A stretch of DNA of 32,000 nt from Alkalilimnicola ehrlichii MLHE-1. GTDB lineage: Bacteria; Pseudomonadota; Gammaproteobacteria; Nitrococcales; Halorhodospiraceae. Below the pieces are notes generated by a model that was given only the letters and a program-made list of their open reading frames with translations, searched no databases and was not told the DNA's origin. The stretch is taken from contig NC_008340.1 in the NCBI RefSeq assembly GCF_000014785.1, positions 2,610,001-2,642,000 on the forward strand, written 5' to 3'. This document shows positions 16,355-26,714 of the stretch, piece after piece. The translations under genes were made by a program, and so were the position numbers. Each line of letters starts with the position of its first letter. Positions within the stretch are counted from its first letter, which is position 1.

Positions 16355-16400
16355 GCCGTGCCACCGCATGTCATCCTTGCGGTAGCGTGCTCGAAAGCCG
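16355..16400 (+). repeat. 46-bp direct repeat, right copy
   Basis: gccgtgccaccgcatgtcatccttgcggtagcgtgctcgaaagccg. Begins at the base after the DUF4276-like stop codon. Confidence 0.97.
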
Positions 16401-16429
16401 ACCCCACACGTCACCGGGGGCCCCACACC

Positions 16430-16600
16430 CTCACCCCGTCAATGCGAGCCCCGAACCCTTCACCCTCGTCACTGCGAGCCCCCGAAGGGGGCGCGGCAGT
16501 CCACCGCCCTGGATCGCCACGGGCCTTCGGCCCTCGCGATGACGGGGGAAAGCCTTCGGCCCTCACGATGACGGGGTGATGCCTCCCCACCGGCCCTGCG
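16430..16600 (-). repeat. Array R8: reverse-orientation hairpin unit plus end fragments
   Basis: cgtcactgcgagcccccgaag...ggatcgccacgggccttcggccctcgcgatgacgggggaaagccttcggccctcacgatgacgg. Confidence 0.85.
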
Positions 16601-16632
16601 AACCGCCAAAAGGGGCGCGGCAGTCCACAACC

Positions 16633-16956
16633 ATGACCCGCGAAGAAATCCAATTCCGCATCCTGCGCCTACTCCAGGACAACCCCCAGCTCAGCCAGCG
16701 CGACCTGGCCGCCGAGCTGGGCGTCTCGGTGGGCAGCACCCACTACTGCCTGCGCGCGCTGGTGGACAAAGGCTGGGTCAAGGCCAACAACTTCGCCAAG
16801 AGCACCCGCAAGACACGCTACCTGTACCAGCTCACCCCCAGCGGCATCGCCGAGAAGGCAGCGCTGACACGCCGCTTCCTAAAGCGAAAGCGCGAGGAAT
16901 ACCAGGCCATCCGGGCCGAGATCGCTGAGCTGGAAAAGGACCTGAAAGACCAGTAA
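16633..16956 (+). CDS. MarR-like EPS-associated transcriptional regulator
   Basis: MTREEIQFRILRLLQDNPQLSQRDLAAELGVSVGSTHYCLRALVDKGWVKANNF. Sits directly upstream of polysaccharide genes. Confidence 0.85.
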   Translation: MTREEIQFRILRLLQDNPQLSQRDLAAELGVSVGSTHYCLRALVDKGWVKANNFAKSTRKTRYLYQLTPSGIAEKAALTRRFLKRKREEYQAIRAEIAELEKDLKDQ

Positions 16957-17019
16957 CGCCGCCGACGCAGCAAGAGCCGCCACCGTCCAACCGCGCGGCA
17001 CACAGTGCAAAGAGGAGAA

Positions 17020-18123
17020 ATGGTGTCCTTCACGTCCATTAATTGGCCCAACCGCATCCTGGTCACCGGCGGGGCCGGCTTCATCGGCTCGGCGCTGGTC
17101 CGCCAGCTCATTGCCGAGACCGACAGCACCGTCATCAACGTCGATGCCCTCACCTACGCCGGCAACCCCGAATCCCTGGCAGAGGCCCGCCACCATCCGC
17201 GCCATGTCTTCGAGCAGGAGGACATTCGCAACCGCCCCGCGTTGGACCGCCTCTTCCGCGAACACCGCCCCGACGCCGTCATGCACCTGGCCGCGGAATC
17301 CCACGTGGACCGCTCCATCGAGGGCCCCGCCGCCTTCATCGAGACCAACGTCACCGGCACCCAGAACCTGCTGGAAGCGGCCCGGGAATACTGGCAGGCA
17401 CTGGAGCCGGCGGCCCGGGAGCGCTTCCGCTTCCACCACATCTCCACGGACGAGGTCTACGGCGACCTGGGCCCCAACGACCCGGCCTTCACCGAAGAGA
17501 CCCCCTACGCCCCCAGCTCGCCCTACTCGGCCAGCAAGGCCGGCAGTGACCACTTGGTCCGCGCCTGGCACCACACCTACGGCCTGCCCGTACTGCTCAC
17601 CAACTGCTCCAACAACTACGGCCCCTACCAGTTCCCGGAAAAGCTCATCCCCCTGATGATCCTCAATGCCCTCGAAGGCAAGCCCCTGCCGGTGTACGGC
17701 CAGGGCGACAACGTCCGCGACTGGCTGCACGTGGAGGATCACGCCCAGGCACTGCGCCGGGTGCTCGAAGCCGGCCGGCCCGGGCGCACCTACAACATCG
17801 GGGGCCGGGCGGAGCGCACCAACCTGGAAGTCGTCCACGCCATCTGCGCGCATCTGGACGAACTGCGCCCCCGTCCATCCGGCCGGCACGAGGCGTTAAT
17901 CCAATTCGTAACAGACCGCCCCGGCCATGATCGGCGCTACGCCATCGACGACAGCCGGATCAGCCAGGAACTCGACTGGCAGCCGCAGGAGAGCTTCGAA
18001 TCGGGCCTGCGCCGAACCGTCGAGTGGTACCTGGAGAACACCGAGTGGGTGCAGCGGGTGCAAAGCGGCGCCTACCGGGAATGGCTGGAGACCAACTACG
18101 GCCATCGCGGGGTGGCCGAATGA
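17020..18123 (+). CDS. rfbB: dTDP-glucose 4,6-dehydratase
   Basis: [74 protein letters not shown]. Confidence 0.95.
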   Translation: MVSFTSINWPNRILVTGGAGFIGSALVRQLIAETDSTVINVDALTYAGNPESLAEARHHPRHVFEQEDIRNRPALDRLFREHRPDAVMHLAAESHVDRSIEGPAAFIETNVTGTQNLLEAAREYWQALEPAARERFRFHHISTDEVYGDLGPNDPAFTEETPYAPSSPYSASKAGSDHLVRAWHHTYGLPVLLTNCSNNYGPYQFPEKLIPLMILNALEGKPLPVYGQGDNVRDWLHVEDHAQALRRVLEAGRPGRTYNIGGRAERTNLEVVHAICAHLDELRPRPSGRHEALIQFVTDRPGHDRRYAIDDSRISQELDWQPQESFESGLRRTVEWYLENTEWVQRVQSGAYREWLETNYGHRGVAE

Positions 18124-19040
18124 GGACACTGCTCTTCGGCCCCAATGGACAGGTGGGCTGGGAACTGCGCCGTTCGCTGGCGCCCCTGGGGGAGCTGATC
18201 CCCCTCGGCCGTCACGAATGGCAGGGCCTGCGGGGCGATCTCACCGACAAGGATGCCATCGCCCACGCCATCCGCTCACTGCGCCCGGATCTCATCGTGA
18301 ACGCGGCGGCCTACACCGCCGTGGACCAGGCCGAGTCCGAACCCGAACAAGCGCGGCTGATCAACGCCACCGCACCCGGCGTCATGGCCGAGCTCGCCCG
18401 CGAGCAGCAAGCCCTGTTCATCCACTACTCCACGGACTACGTCTTCGACGGCAGCGGCGACCGCCCGTGGCACGAGGACGACCCAACGGCCCCCTTAAAT
18501 GTCTATGGCCAGACCAAGCGGGAAGGCGAGGAGGCCGTTCGCGCCGCGGACGGCCACCACCTCATCTTCCGCACCGCCTGGGTCTATGCCGCCCGGGGCC
18601 ACAACTTCATCCGCACCATGATCCGCCTGGCTTGCCAACGCGACACCCTGCAAGTCATCAACGACCAGCACGGCGCACCCACCGGGGCGGAACTCATCGC
18701 CGACGTCACGGCGCACGCCGCACGCACCGCATCAACCCGCCCCGACCTGCGCGGCACCTACCACCTGACCGCCGCCGGCGAGACCACCTGGCACGGGTAC
18801 GCCCGCTTCGTCATCGAACAGGCCCGCGCGGGCGGCGCACCCGTACGCGTCGCCCCGGAGGCCATCGAAGCCGTCGCTACCGACGCCTTCCCCACGGTCG
18901 CCCGCCGCCCGCACAACTCACGGCTGGACGGTCACAAGCTGGAAACCACCTTCGGCCTAAAGCGCCCCGACTGGCGCAGCGGCGTCGCCCGGGCGCTACA
19001 GGAAATGGACATCTCGCACACCCAGGGGAGGCCCGACTGA
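18120..19040 (+). CDS. rfbD: dTDP-4-dehydrorhamnose reductase
   Basis: [56 protein letters not shown]. Confidence 0.94.
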   Translation: MRTLLFGPNGQVGWELRRSLAPLGELIPLGRHEWQGLRGDLTDKDAIAHAIRSLRPDLIVNAAAYTAVDQAESEPEQARLINATAPGVMAELAREQQALFIHYSTDYVFDGSGDRPWHEDDPTAPLNVYGQTKREGEEAVRAADGHHLIFRTAWVYAARGHNFIRTMIRLACQRDTLQVINDQHGAPTGAELIADVTAHAARTASTRPDLRGTYHLTAAGETTWHGYARFVIEQARAGGAPVRVAPEAIEAVATDAFPTVARRPHNSRLDGHKLETTFGLKRPDWRSGVARALQEMDISHTQGRPD

Positions 19041-19921
19041 TGAACCGCAAGGGCATCATCCTGGCCGGGGGCAGCGGCACGCGACTGCATCCGGCCACGC
19101 TTGCCATCAGCAAGCAACTACTGCCAGTCTACGACAAGCCGATGATCTACTACCCGCTCAGCACCCTGATGCTGGCGGGTATTCGCGATATCCTCATCAT
19201 CTCCACCCCGCAGGACACCCCGCGCTTCGAGCAACTGCTGGGCGATGGCGAGCAGTGGGGGCTTAACCTGAACTACGCCGTGCAACCCTCGCCGGACGGT
19301 CTGGCCCAGGCGTTCATCATCGGCGAGGCGTTCATCGGCGACGACCCCTGCGCCCTGGTCCTGGGCGACAACATCTTCTACGGCCACCATTTCGACGAGC
19401 TGCTCGGCAACGCCATGGAACGCGAGGACGGCGCAACGGTCTTCGCCTACCACGTCCACGACCCGGAACGCTACGGCGTGGCCGAGTTCGACCGCGACGG
19501 CAAGGTGCTCTCCCTGGAGGAAAAGCCCGAGCGACCGAAATCCAGCTACGCCGTCACCGGCCTGTACTTCTACGACAACGACGTGGTCGACATGGCGAAG
19601 GATCTAAAGCCCTCCGCCCGCGGCGAGCTGGAGATCACCGACCTCAACATCGCCTACATGAACGCCGGCAAGCTCGACGTGGCGATCATGGGCCGCGGCT
19701 ACGCCTGGCTGGACACTGGCACGCACGACTCCCTGCTGGACGCCAGCCAGTTTATCGCCACCCTCGAACACCGCCAGGGCCTTAAGGTCGCCTGCCCGGA
19801 AGAGATTGCCTACCGCCGCGGCTGGATCACCGCCGAGACCCTTGAGGGCCTGGCCCAACCGCTGCTCAAAAACGGCTACGGCCAATACCTCCGGCGCGTG
19901 CTGCAAGACACCGTATTCTGA
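19040..19921 (+). CDS. rfbA: Glucose-1-phosphate thymidylyltransferase
   Basis: [57 protein letters not shown]. Confidence 0.96.
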   Translation: MNRKGIILAGGSGTRLHPATLAISKQLLPVYDKPMIYYPLSTLMLAGIRDILIISTPQDTPRFEQLLGDGEQWGLNLNYAVQPSPDGLAQAFIIGEAFIGDDPCALVLGDNIFYGHHFDELLGNAMEREDGATVFAYHVHDPERYGVAEFDRDGKVLSLEEKPERPKSSYAVTGLYFYDNDVVDMAKDLKPSARGELEITDLNIAYMNAGKLDVAIMGRGYAWLDTGTHDSLLDASQFIATLEHRQGLKVACPEEIAYRRGWITAETLEGLAQPLLKNGYGQYLRRVLQDTVF

Positions 19922-19942
19922 TCCGACCACGGCAAGGACATC

Positions 19943-20491
19943 ATGCAATTCATTCCCACCGCCATCCCCGACGTTATCCTCGTCAAACCCGACGTGTTCG
20001 GCGACGAGCGCGGCTTCTTCATGGAAACCTGGCAGCGGCGCAAGTTCGCCGAGGGTGGCATCGACCACGACTTCGTGCAGGACAACCACAGCCGCTCCGT
20101 AAAGGGCACCCTGCGCGGCCTGCACTACCAGATCCGCCAGCCGCAGGGGAAGCTCGTGCGCGTGACCGCCGGCTCGGTCTTCGACGTGGCAGTGGACCTG
20201 CGCCGGGGCTCCCCCACCTTCGGTCAGTGGGCGGGTGAACACCTCTCGGCAGACAACCACCACATGCTCTGGGTGCCGCCGGGTTTCGCCCACGGCTTCT
20301 ACGTCACCTCCGAGACGGCGGATTTTCAGTACAAGTGCAGCGACTACTATGCGCCCGAGCACGAGCACTGCATCCGCTGGGACGACCCGGAGCTCGGGAT
20401 AGACTGGCCGCTTTCGGATAACGGCGCGCCGCTGGTCTCCGAAAAGGACCGCCAGGGCCTGGCCTTCGCGCAGGCGGAGTACTTCGATTGA
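19943..20491 (+). CDS. rfbC: dTDP-4-dehydrorhamnose 3,5-epimerase
   Basis: IPDVILVKPDVFGDERGFFMETW, SVKGTLRGLHYQ, FDVAVDLRRGSPTFGQW, VPPGFAHGFYV. Confidence 0.95.
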   Translation: MQFIPTAIPDVILVKPDVFGDERGFFMETWQRRKFAEGGIDHDFVQDNHSRSVKGTLRGLHYQIRQPQGKLVRVTAGSVFDVAVDLRRGSPTFGQWAGEHLSADNHHMLWVPPGFAHGFYVTSETADFQYKCSDYYAPEHEHCIRWDDPELGIDWPLSDNGAPLVSEKDRQGLAFAQAEYFD

Positions 20492-20570
20492 TCAGCTCCC
20501 CCGCACCGGCTGCTGTCGTCCGCCGGCGGCGACGGCCTAAAGGCGCGACTACAAGACAGGAACAGGCGCC

Positions 20571-20594
20571 GTAGGAGCGACTTCAGCCGCGAAA
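20571..20594. repeat. Single REP-like sequence, different from the hairpin family above
   Basis: cgtaggagcgacttcagccgcgaa resembles the common gammaproteobacterial REP core (GTAGGAGCG...TTCAGCCGCGA). Confidence 0.45.
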
Positions 20595-20787
20595 CGGATG
20601 TGATGCCGCGGTGTGGCTGATCTGTTCGCGTGCGAAGATGCCCCCGACCACGCCTGGAAACACACCAATGACCTATATCATTGGATCCTTATCCCGATGA
20701 CATCGCTCTGGTACCCTTGCGCTTTCCCCAAGGGCTGACGCCCTCGTGGCACCGCTCGACATTGTCGGGTCGACGACGCGCGCTGTC

Positions 20788-22623
20788 ATGACGGTAGAAG
20801 AGGCCGCCACCCCCATGCTGCGACAACTCAAGGAACTCTATCGGCTGCTCACGCCCGAGCAGCGCGGCAAGCTCCTGCGCCTGCAGATCCTGGTGGTGCT
20901 CATGTCCATCGCCGAGATCGCCGGGGTGATCTCCATCGGCCCGTTCATGGCGCTGGTCGGCGACATGCAGCAGCTCCAGGGCGACGGCCTGCTCGCCGAT
21001 TTGTACCGCGCCAGCGGCCTGGACGACCCGCGCGACTTCCTCTTCTGGCTGGGCGTGGGCGTGCTGTTCATGCTCACCGTGGCGGCCGTGATCTCCATGA
21101 TCACCGTCTGGCGCCTGTCCCTCTACGGCGCCCAGGTCGGCGCCGAACTGGGCAGCCGCCTGTTTCGCCACTACATGCACCAGGACTGGCTCTTCCATTC
21201 CAGCGGCAGCAGCAGTCAACTGACCAACCAGATCGCCCAGGAAGCCCAGCGCATCACCGCCGCCATCATCAACCCCCTGATGCAGATCAACGCCAAGCTG
21301 GTGATGGCCTCGCTCATGGCCCTGGCGATCTTCCTCTACAACCCGGGCGTCGCCCTGGTGGGGCTTGCCGTCTTCGGGCTGGGCTACCTGCTGCTCTACC
21401 GCACCGTGCGCCGGCGGTTGACCGCCAACGGCGCGGCGATCACCCAGGCCCAGCGCCAGCGCTTCAAGCTGATGGGCGAAGGCTTCGGCGGCATCAAGGA
21501 CGTGCTGCTGCTCGGCCGGCAGGACACCATCACCCGGCGCTTCGAGAACGCGGCCAACCGCTTCGCCCGCGCCCAGGGCACCACCATGGCGCTCTCCCAG
21601 GTGCCGCGCTACGCCATGGAACTGATCGCCTTCGGCGCCGTGATCTTTCTCGTCCTCTACCTGCTCGCCAGCCACGAGGGCAACCTCGGTACCATCCTGC
21701 CGGTGCTTTCCGTCTACGCCCTGGCCGGCTTCAAGATGCTGCCCGCCTTCCAGCAGGTCTACCAGGGCGTCTCCCAGATCCGCGGCAACCTCGCCGCCTT
21801 CGAGGCGGTGCGCGACGACCTGCGCGCCAGTACCATGGAAGGCGCACGCGCCAGCCGGAACGGGGAGGAAGACCCGGACGCGCACTGGTCCCCGAAACAA
21901 TCCATCGAACTGCGCGACATCACCTTCCGCTACCCCGGCAAGCAGGAACCGGCCCTGAATGGCCTGAGCATGGAGATTCCCGCCAACGGCGTGGTCGGCC
22001 TAGTGGGCGCCTCCGGCTCCGGCAAGTCCACCGCCATCGACCTGCTGCTGGGCCTGATCCTGCCGGAGACCGGCGAGGTGCGCATCGACGGCGAACCGCT
22101 TACCGCGGAGAACCGCCGCGCCTGGCAGAACAGCGTCGGCTTCGTGCCGCAGAGCATTTTCCTGGCCGACAGCTCCATCCGCGAGAACATCGCCTTCGGC
22201 CTGCCGCCGGAAGCCATCGACAACGACAAGGTCCGCCGCGCCGCGACCATGGCCCACCTGGACGAACTGCTGGCCGAACTGCCCGACGGGCTGGACACCC
22301 GTGTGGGCGAGCGCGGCGTGCAGCTCTCCGGCGGCCAGCGCCAGCGCATCGGCATCGCCCGCGCGCTGTACCACGACGCCGACGTGCTGGTTCTCGACGA
22401 GGCCACCAGCGCCCTCGACGGTATCACCGAGAAACTGGTGATGGACGCCATCCACGACTTCGCCGGCAGGAAGACCATCATCATGATCGCCCACCGCCTG
22501 GCGACCGTGAAGCAGTGCGACACCATCTACCTGATGGCCGACGGCCGGGTGACCGACCGCGGCTCGTTCGATGAACTGGCGGAAAGAAATATCACCTTCA
22601 AGCGCATGGCAGAACATGCCTGA
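20788..22623 (+). CDS. ABC transporter, permease + ATP-binding (MsbA/PglK-type lipid-linked glycan exporter-like)
   Basis: TM domain followed by VGLVGASGSGKSTAIDLLLGL, RGVQLSGGQRQRIGIARALYHDADVLVLDEATSALDG. A start at 20746 is also possible. Confidence 0.85.
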   Translation: MTVEEAATPMLRQLKELYRLLTPEQRGKLLRLQILVVLMSIAEIAGVISIGPFMALVGDMQQLQGDGLLADLYRASGLDDPRDFLFWLGVGVLFMLTVAAVISMITVWRLSLYGAQVGAELGSRLFRHYMHQDWLFHSSGSSSQLTNQIAQEAQRITAAIINPLMQINAKLVMASLMALAIFLYNPGVALVGLAVFGLGYLLLYRTVRRRLTANGAAITQAQRQRFKLMGEGFGGIKDVLLLGRQDTITRRFENAANRFARAQGTTMALSQVPRYAMELIAFGAVIFLVLYLLASHEGNLGTILPVLSVYALAGFKMLPAFQQVYQGVSQIRGNLAAFEAVRDDLRASTMEGARASRNGEEDPDAHWSPKQSIELRDITFRYPGKQEPALNGLSMEIPANGVVGLVGASGSGKSTAIDLLLGLILPETGEVRIDGEPLTAENRRAWQNSVGFVPQSIFLADSSIRENIAFGLPPEAIDNDKVRRAATMAHLDELLAELPDGLDTRVGERGVQLSGGQRQRIGIARALYHDADVLVLDEATSALDGITEKLVMDAIHDFAGRKTIIMIAHRLATVKQCDTIYLMADGRVTDRGSFDELAERNITFKRMAEHA

Positions 22624-22646
22624 CTGACACAAACAGGGAAAGCCCG

Positions 22647-23645
22647 ATGTTCAACGACTCATCCGTTCTCGTCACCGGCGGGACAGGCTCCTTCGGCCAC
22701 ACCTTCATCCCCATGCTCCTGGAGCGTTACAACCCCAGGCGCGTGATCATTTTCTCTCGGGACGAGATGAAGCAGTGGGAGATGGCCAAGAAGTTCGAGG
22801 GCGATCCGCGCGTGCGGTTCTTCATCGGCGACGTGCGCGACCGCGAACGTGTCTACCGCGCCTTTGACGGCGTGGATTACGTCGTGCATGCCGCCGCCTC
22901 GAAGATCGTGCCCACGGCCGAGTACAACCCGTTCGAATGCATCAAGACGAACGTCACGGGTGCGATGAACGTCATCGACGCCGCCATCGACAAGGGCGTC
23001 AAGAAGGTCGTCGCGCTCTCCACCGATAAGGCCAGCAGCCCGATCAACCTCTACGGCGCCACCAAGCTCACCTCCGACAAGCTCTTCGTCGCGGGCAACC
23101 ACTACGCCGGTCACTCGGAGACGCGCTTCTCCGTGGTCCGTTACGGCAATGTCATGGGGTCCCGCGGTTCGGTGATCCCGTTCTTCATGTCCATCCGCGA
23201 CCGGGGCGTGCTACCGATCACCGACGATCGCATGACCCGCTTCATGATCTCGCTAGAGCAGGGCGCGGAATTGGTCTGGCATGCCTTCGATGACATGGAA
23301 GGCGGCGAGATCTACGTCAAGAAGATCCCCTCCATGAAGGTCACCGACCTCGCCCGCGTGATCGCCCCCGCGGCCAGGCAGGAAATCGTCGGCATCCGGC
23401 CGGGCGAGAAGCTCCACGAGCAGATGATCGGCGGGGAGGATGCCTACTACACCTACGAATACCCCGAACACTTCAAGATTCTGCCGGCCATCAACGGCTG
23501 GGACCGTGACGCCAATCGCATTAAGGACGGCAAGCGCGTGCCGGAAGGCTTCGTCTATGCCAGCGACAACAACGCCGAATGGATGAGCGAGGACGAGTTG
23601 CGGGCGTGGATCGACGCCAACGAAGGTAAGATCGGGGCCATCTGA
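22647..23645 (+). CDS. pseB: UDP-N-acetylglucosamine 4,6-dehydratase (inverting)
   Basis: SVLVTGGTGSFGHTFIPMLL, FSRDEMKQWEM, GDVRDRERV, STDKASSPINLYGATKL. Confidence 0.93.
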   Translation: MFNDSSVLVTGGTGSFGHTFIPMLLERYNPRRVIIFSRDEMKQWEMAKKFEGDPRVRFFIGDVRDRERVYRAFDGVDYVVHAAASKIVPTAEYNPFECIKTNVTGAMNVIDAAIDKGVKKVVALSTDKASSPINLYGATKLTSDKLFVAGNHYAGHSETRFSVVRYGNVMGSRGSVIPFFMSIRDRGVLPITDDRMTRFMISLEQGAELVWHAFDDMEGGEIYVKKIPSMKVTDLARVIAPAARQEIVGIRPGEKLHEQMIGGEDAYYTYEYPEHFKILPAINGWDRDANRIKDGKRVPEGFVYASDNNAEWMSEDELRAWIDANEGKIGAI

Positions 23646-24805
23646 TGATTCCCTACGGACGCCAGGACATCACCCGGGCCGACATCGACACCGTCGTCGA
23701 GGTGCTGGAATCCGACTTCCTCACCCAGGGCCCGGTCGTGCCGCGATTCGAACAGGCCGTGGCCGACTACTGCGGCGCGGACCACGGCGTGGCGGTCAAC
23801 AGCGCCACCTCCGCACTGCACCTTGCCTGCCGGGCGCTGGGCCTGGGGCAGGGCGACTGGCTCTGGACCTCTCCGATCACCTTTGTCGCCTCCGCCAACT
23901 GCGGGCTCTACTGCGGTGCGCGGGTGGACTTCGTCGACATCGACCCGCGTAACTACAATCTCTGCCCTAGGGCGCTGGAGGCCAAGCTCGAACGGGCCGA
24001 AACGGAGAATCGTCTGCCCAAGGTCGTGGTGCCCGTGCATCTCTGCGGCCAGTCCTGCGACATGCAGGCCATCCACGAGCTCTCCCGAAGATGCGGTTTC
24101 CATGTCATCGAGGATGCCTCCCATGCCATCGGTGGGAAGTACCAGGGCGAGCCCATCGGCAACGGCCGCTATAGCGACATCACGGTCTTCAGCTTCCATC
24201 CGGTAAAGATCGTCACCACCGGCGAGGGCGGCATGGCCGTCACCAACGATGCCGGACTCGCGGAGAGAATGTCCCTGCTCCGTAGCCACGGCATCACCCG
24301 CGATCCGGCGCTGATGACCCACGAGCCGGACGGCCCTTGGTACTACCAGCAGATCGAGCTTGGCTACAACTACCGCATGACCGAGATGCAGGCCGCCCTC
24401 GGTTTGTCGCAGTTGCAGCGGCTGGATGACTACGTGGCCCGCCGCAACGAGCTGGCCGAACGCTACGACCGGGAACTGTCCGACCTGCCCGTGACCACGC
24501 CCTGGCAGCACCCGGACGCTTACTCGGCCCGGCACCTCTACGTGATTCGCTTGAGGCTCGACGAGATCCGCACCAGCCACCGCGCGGTCTTCGAGTCCCT
24601 GCGGGAGCAGGGCATCGGTGTAAATATCCACTACATCCCGGTCCACACCCAGCCCTGGTATCGGGCGATGGGGTTCGAGCCGGGTGATTACCGGGAAGCC
24701 GAGCGCTACTATGCCGAGGCGATCAGCCTGCCGATGTTCCCGACGATGACCGAGGCGCAGCAGGATCAGGTGATCGCGGCGATCCGGGGAGCGATTCGCG
24801 GATGA
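23645..24805 (+). CDS. pseC: UDP-4-amino-4,6-dideoxy-N-acetyl-beta-L-altrosamine transaminase
   Basis: PYGRQDITRADIDTVVEVLESDFLTQGPVVPRFE, SFHPVKIVTTGEGGMAVTND. Context of pse genes. Confidence 0.92.
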   Translation: MIPYGRQDITRADIDTVVEVLESDFLTQGPVVPRFEQAVADYCGADHGVAVNSATSALHLACRALGLGQGDWLWTSPITFVASANCGLYCGARVDFVDIDPRNYNLCPRALEAKLERAETENRLPKVVVPVHLCGQSCDMQAIHELSRRCGFHVIEDASHAIGGKYQGEPIGNGRYSDITVFSFHPVKIVTTGEGGMAVTNDAGLAERMSLLRSHGITRDPALMTHEPDGPWYYQQIELGYNYRMTEMQAALGLSQLQRLDDYVARRNELAERYDRELSDLPVTTPWQHPDAYSARHLYVIRLRLDEIRTSHRAVFESLREQGIGVNIHYIPVHTQPWYRAMGFEPGDYREAERYYAEAISLPMFPTMTEAQQDQVIAAIRGAIRG

Positions 24806-25512
24806 AAGTCGCCATCATCCCCGCACGCGGCGGCAGCAAGCGCATCCCGCGCAAGAACATCCGCGGATTCGCCGGCAAGCCGATGATCGCCTGGTCGATC
24901 GAGGCGGCCAGGGCGAGCGGCTGCTTCGACCGTGTCATCGTCTCCACGGACGACGACGAGATCGCCGGGGTGGCGAGACAGTGGGGTGCCGAGGTACCGT
25001 TCATGCGCCCTGCGGAACTGGCGGACGACCACACGGGCACCATCCCCGTGATCGCCCACGCCATCGACTGGTTGAACGAGCACGGGGAGACGCCGGACAG
25101 GGTGTGCTGCGTGTACGCCACCGCCCCGTTCGTCCAGGCCGGGGATCTGCGTCGGGGCCTGGAAGCGCTGGAGGAGCGGCAAGCCGACTATGCCTTCTCG
25201 GCCACCAGCTATGCCTTCCCCATCCAGCGGGCACTGCGCATCACCGACGACGGGCACGTGGCGATGTTCCAGCCCGAACACTTCGCCACCCGCTCCCAGG
25301 ACCTCGAAGAGGCCTGGCACGATGCCGGCCAGTTCTACTGGGGGCGCGCCGAGGCCTGGCGTACCGGCACCCCGATCTTTTCCGAACGCGCCGTGCCGGT
25401 CATCCTGCCACGTCACCGCGTCCAGGATATCGACACCCCCGAGGACTGGAAACGTGCCGAATGGCTCTTCCGAGCCTGGCAGGCCCAGGAAGGCGAGAGC
25501 GAGGGTCGATGA
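24802..25512 (+). CDS. pseF: Pseudaminic acid cytidylyltransferase
   Basis: MKVAIIPARGGSKRIPRKNIRGFAGKPMIAWSIEAA. Confidence 0.93.
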   Translation: MKVAIIPARGGSKRIPRKNIRGFAGKPMIAWSIEAARASGCFDRVIVSTDDDEIAGVARQWGAEVPFMRPAELADDHTGTIPVIAHAIDWLNEHGETPDRVCCVYATAPFVQAGDLRRGLEALEERQADYAFSATSYAFPIQRALRITDDGHVAMFQPEHFATRSQDLEEAWHDAGQFYWGRAEAWRTGTPIFSERAVPVILPRHRVQDIDTPEDWKRAEWLFRAWQAQEGESEGR

Positions 25513-26714
25513 CGATGGCCGTGGCAGCGCAACACAGGACAACGACTGGCGGGATGCGCGTCGCCTTCCGCGTGGACGCCTCCCTGGCGATCGGATCGGG
25601 TCACGTCATGCGCTGCCTCACCCTCGCCGGGGCACTGTGCGAGCAGGGCGCGGACTGCCATTTCCTCTGCCGCGAGCCGCAAGGTCATCTCAACAGTCAG
25701 ATAGCCGAGCGGGGATTTGCGGTTCATCGTCTGCCCGCGGTAGAGGATGGCTCGATAACGTCGCCCGCCGGTTCGGGCCGTTCAGCGAGCGTGGATGACG
25801 AACCACCGCAACCGAAACACGCCGAGTGGCTGCAAACCACCCAGGCGACCGATGCCCGCCAGAGTCTCGAAACGCTGCGAGAGCTGGCACCGGACTGGCT
25901 GATCGTCGACCACTACGCACTGGATGCCCAGTGGGAGGCGCGGGTTCGAGAGGCCATTCCGGGGATGCGCGTCATGGTCATCGACGATCTGGCCGACCGC
26001 CTGCACCAGGCCGACCTGCTGCTGGACCAGAACCTGGGCCGCAAGGCCGAGGACTACCGTGACCTCGTCCCGGCCCACTGCCGCCTTCTCGTCGGGCCGA
26101 AGTACGCCCTGTTGCGCCCGGAATTCGCCGAATGGCGGGAATGGAGCCTGGAACGCCGACAGGAGAACGGGCCGGTCAGGCGGCTGCTGGTCAGCCTCGG
26201 CGGCGTGGACAGGGACAACGTCACCGGGCAGGTCCTCGATGCCTTGTCCGAAGTCGAGTTGTCGAAAGAAATGGAAATCACCGTGGTCATGGGCGCATCC
26301 GCCCCTTGGCTTGAAGCGGTTCGGGGCCGCGCCCGGCAGATGCCGTGTTCGACGGAAGTCGTGGTTAACGTCGATGACATGGCCCGGCGCATGGCCGAGG
26401 CCAATCTTGCCATCGGCGCGGCGGGCAGCACGGCGTGGGAGCGCTGCTGTCTTGGCTTGCCGACCATCGTGCTGGTGCTGGCGGAGAATCAGCGGGAGAT
26501 CGCGCGAAGCCTGCATCGTGCGGGTGTGGCTCATTCACTTGGTGCCCCTGATGCATTGTTCGATCTGGTTGGCCAATGGCCAATGATCACCCAGCCAGAG
26601 TACTTGAAAGGCCTGAGCCGGAAGGCCGCAAGCCTGGTGGATGGCCGTGGTGCCGTCCGTGTGCGGAATGGGCTGATGGGCGTTGAGATGGCGAACGAGG
26701 CGAACGATGGTTGA
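25509..26714 (+). CDS. pseG: UDP-2,4-diacetamido-2,4,6-trideoxy-beta-L-altropyranose hydrolase
   Basis: VAFRVDASLAIGSGHVMRCLTLA, WLIVDHYALDAQWE, VIDDLADR, DLLLDQNLG. Confidence 0.9.
   Translation: MTMAVAAQHRTTTGGMRVAFRVDASLAIGSGHVMRCLTLAGALCEQGADCHFLCREPQGHLNSQIAERGFAVHRLPAVEDGSITSPAGSGRSASVDDEPPQPKHAEWLQTTQATDARQSLETLRELAPDWLIVDHYALDAQWEARVREAIPGMRVMVIDDLADRLHQADLLLDQNLGRKAEDYRDLVPAHCRLLVGPKYALLRPEFAEWREWSLERRQENGPVRRLLVSLGGVDRDNVTGQVLDALSEVELSKEMEITVVMGASAPWLEAVRGRARQMPCSTEVVVNVDDMARRMAEANLAIGAAGSTAWERCCLGLPTIVLVLAENQREIARSLHRAGVAHSLGAPDALFDLVGQWPMITQPEYLKGLSRKAASLVDGRGAVRVRNGLMGVEMANEANDG

Noticed and set aside
16879-17889. 336-aa minus-strand ORF
   Set aside because: Antisense to rfbB. 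No recognisable motifs.
17927-19039. N-terminal extension of the rfbA ORF in the ORF track
   Set aside because: Out-of-frame overlap with rfbD; the true rfbA start is [11 protein letters not shown] at 19040.
20689-21900. 403-aa minus-strand ORF
   Set aside because: Antisense shadow of the ABC transporter with His/Gly/Ala-rich low-complexity composition.
23555-24646. 363-aa minus-strand ORF
   Set aside because: Antisense to pseC, which has strong homology features.
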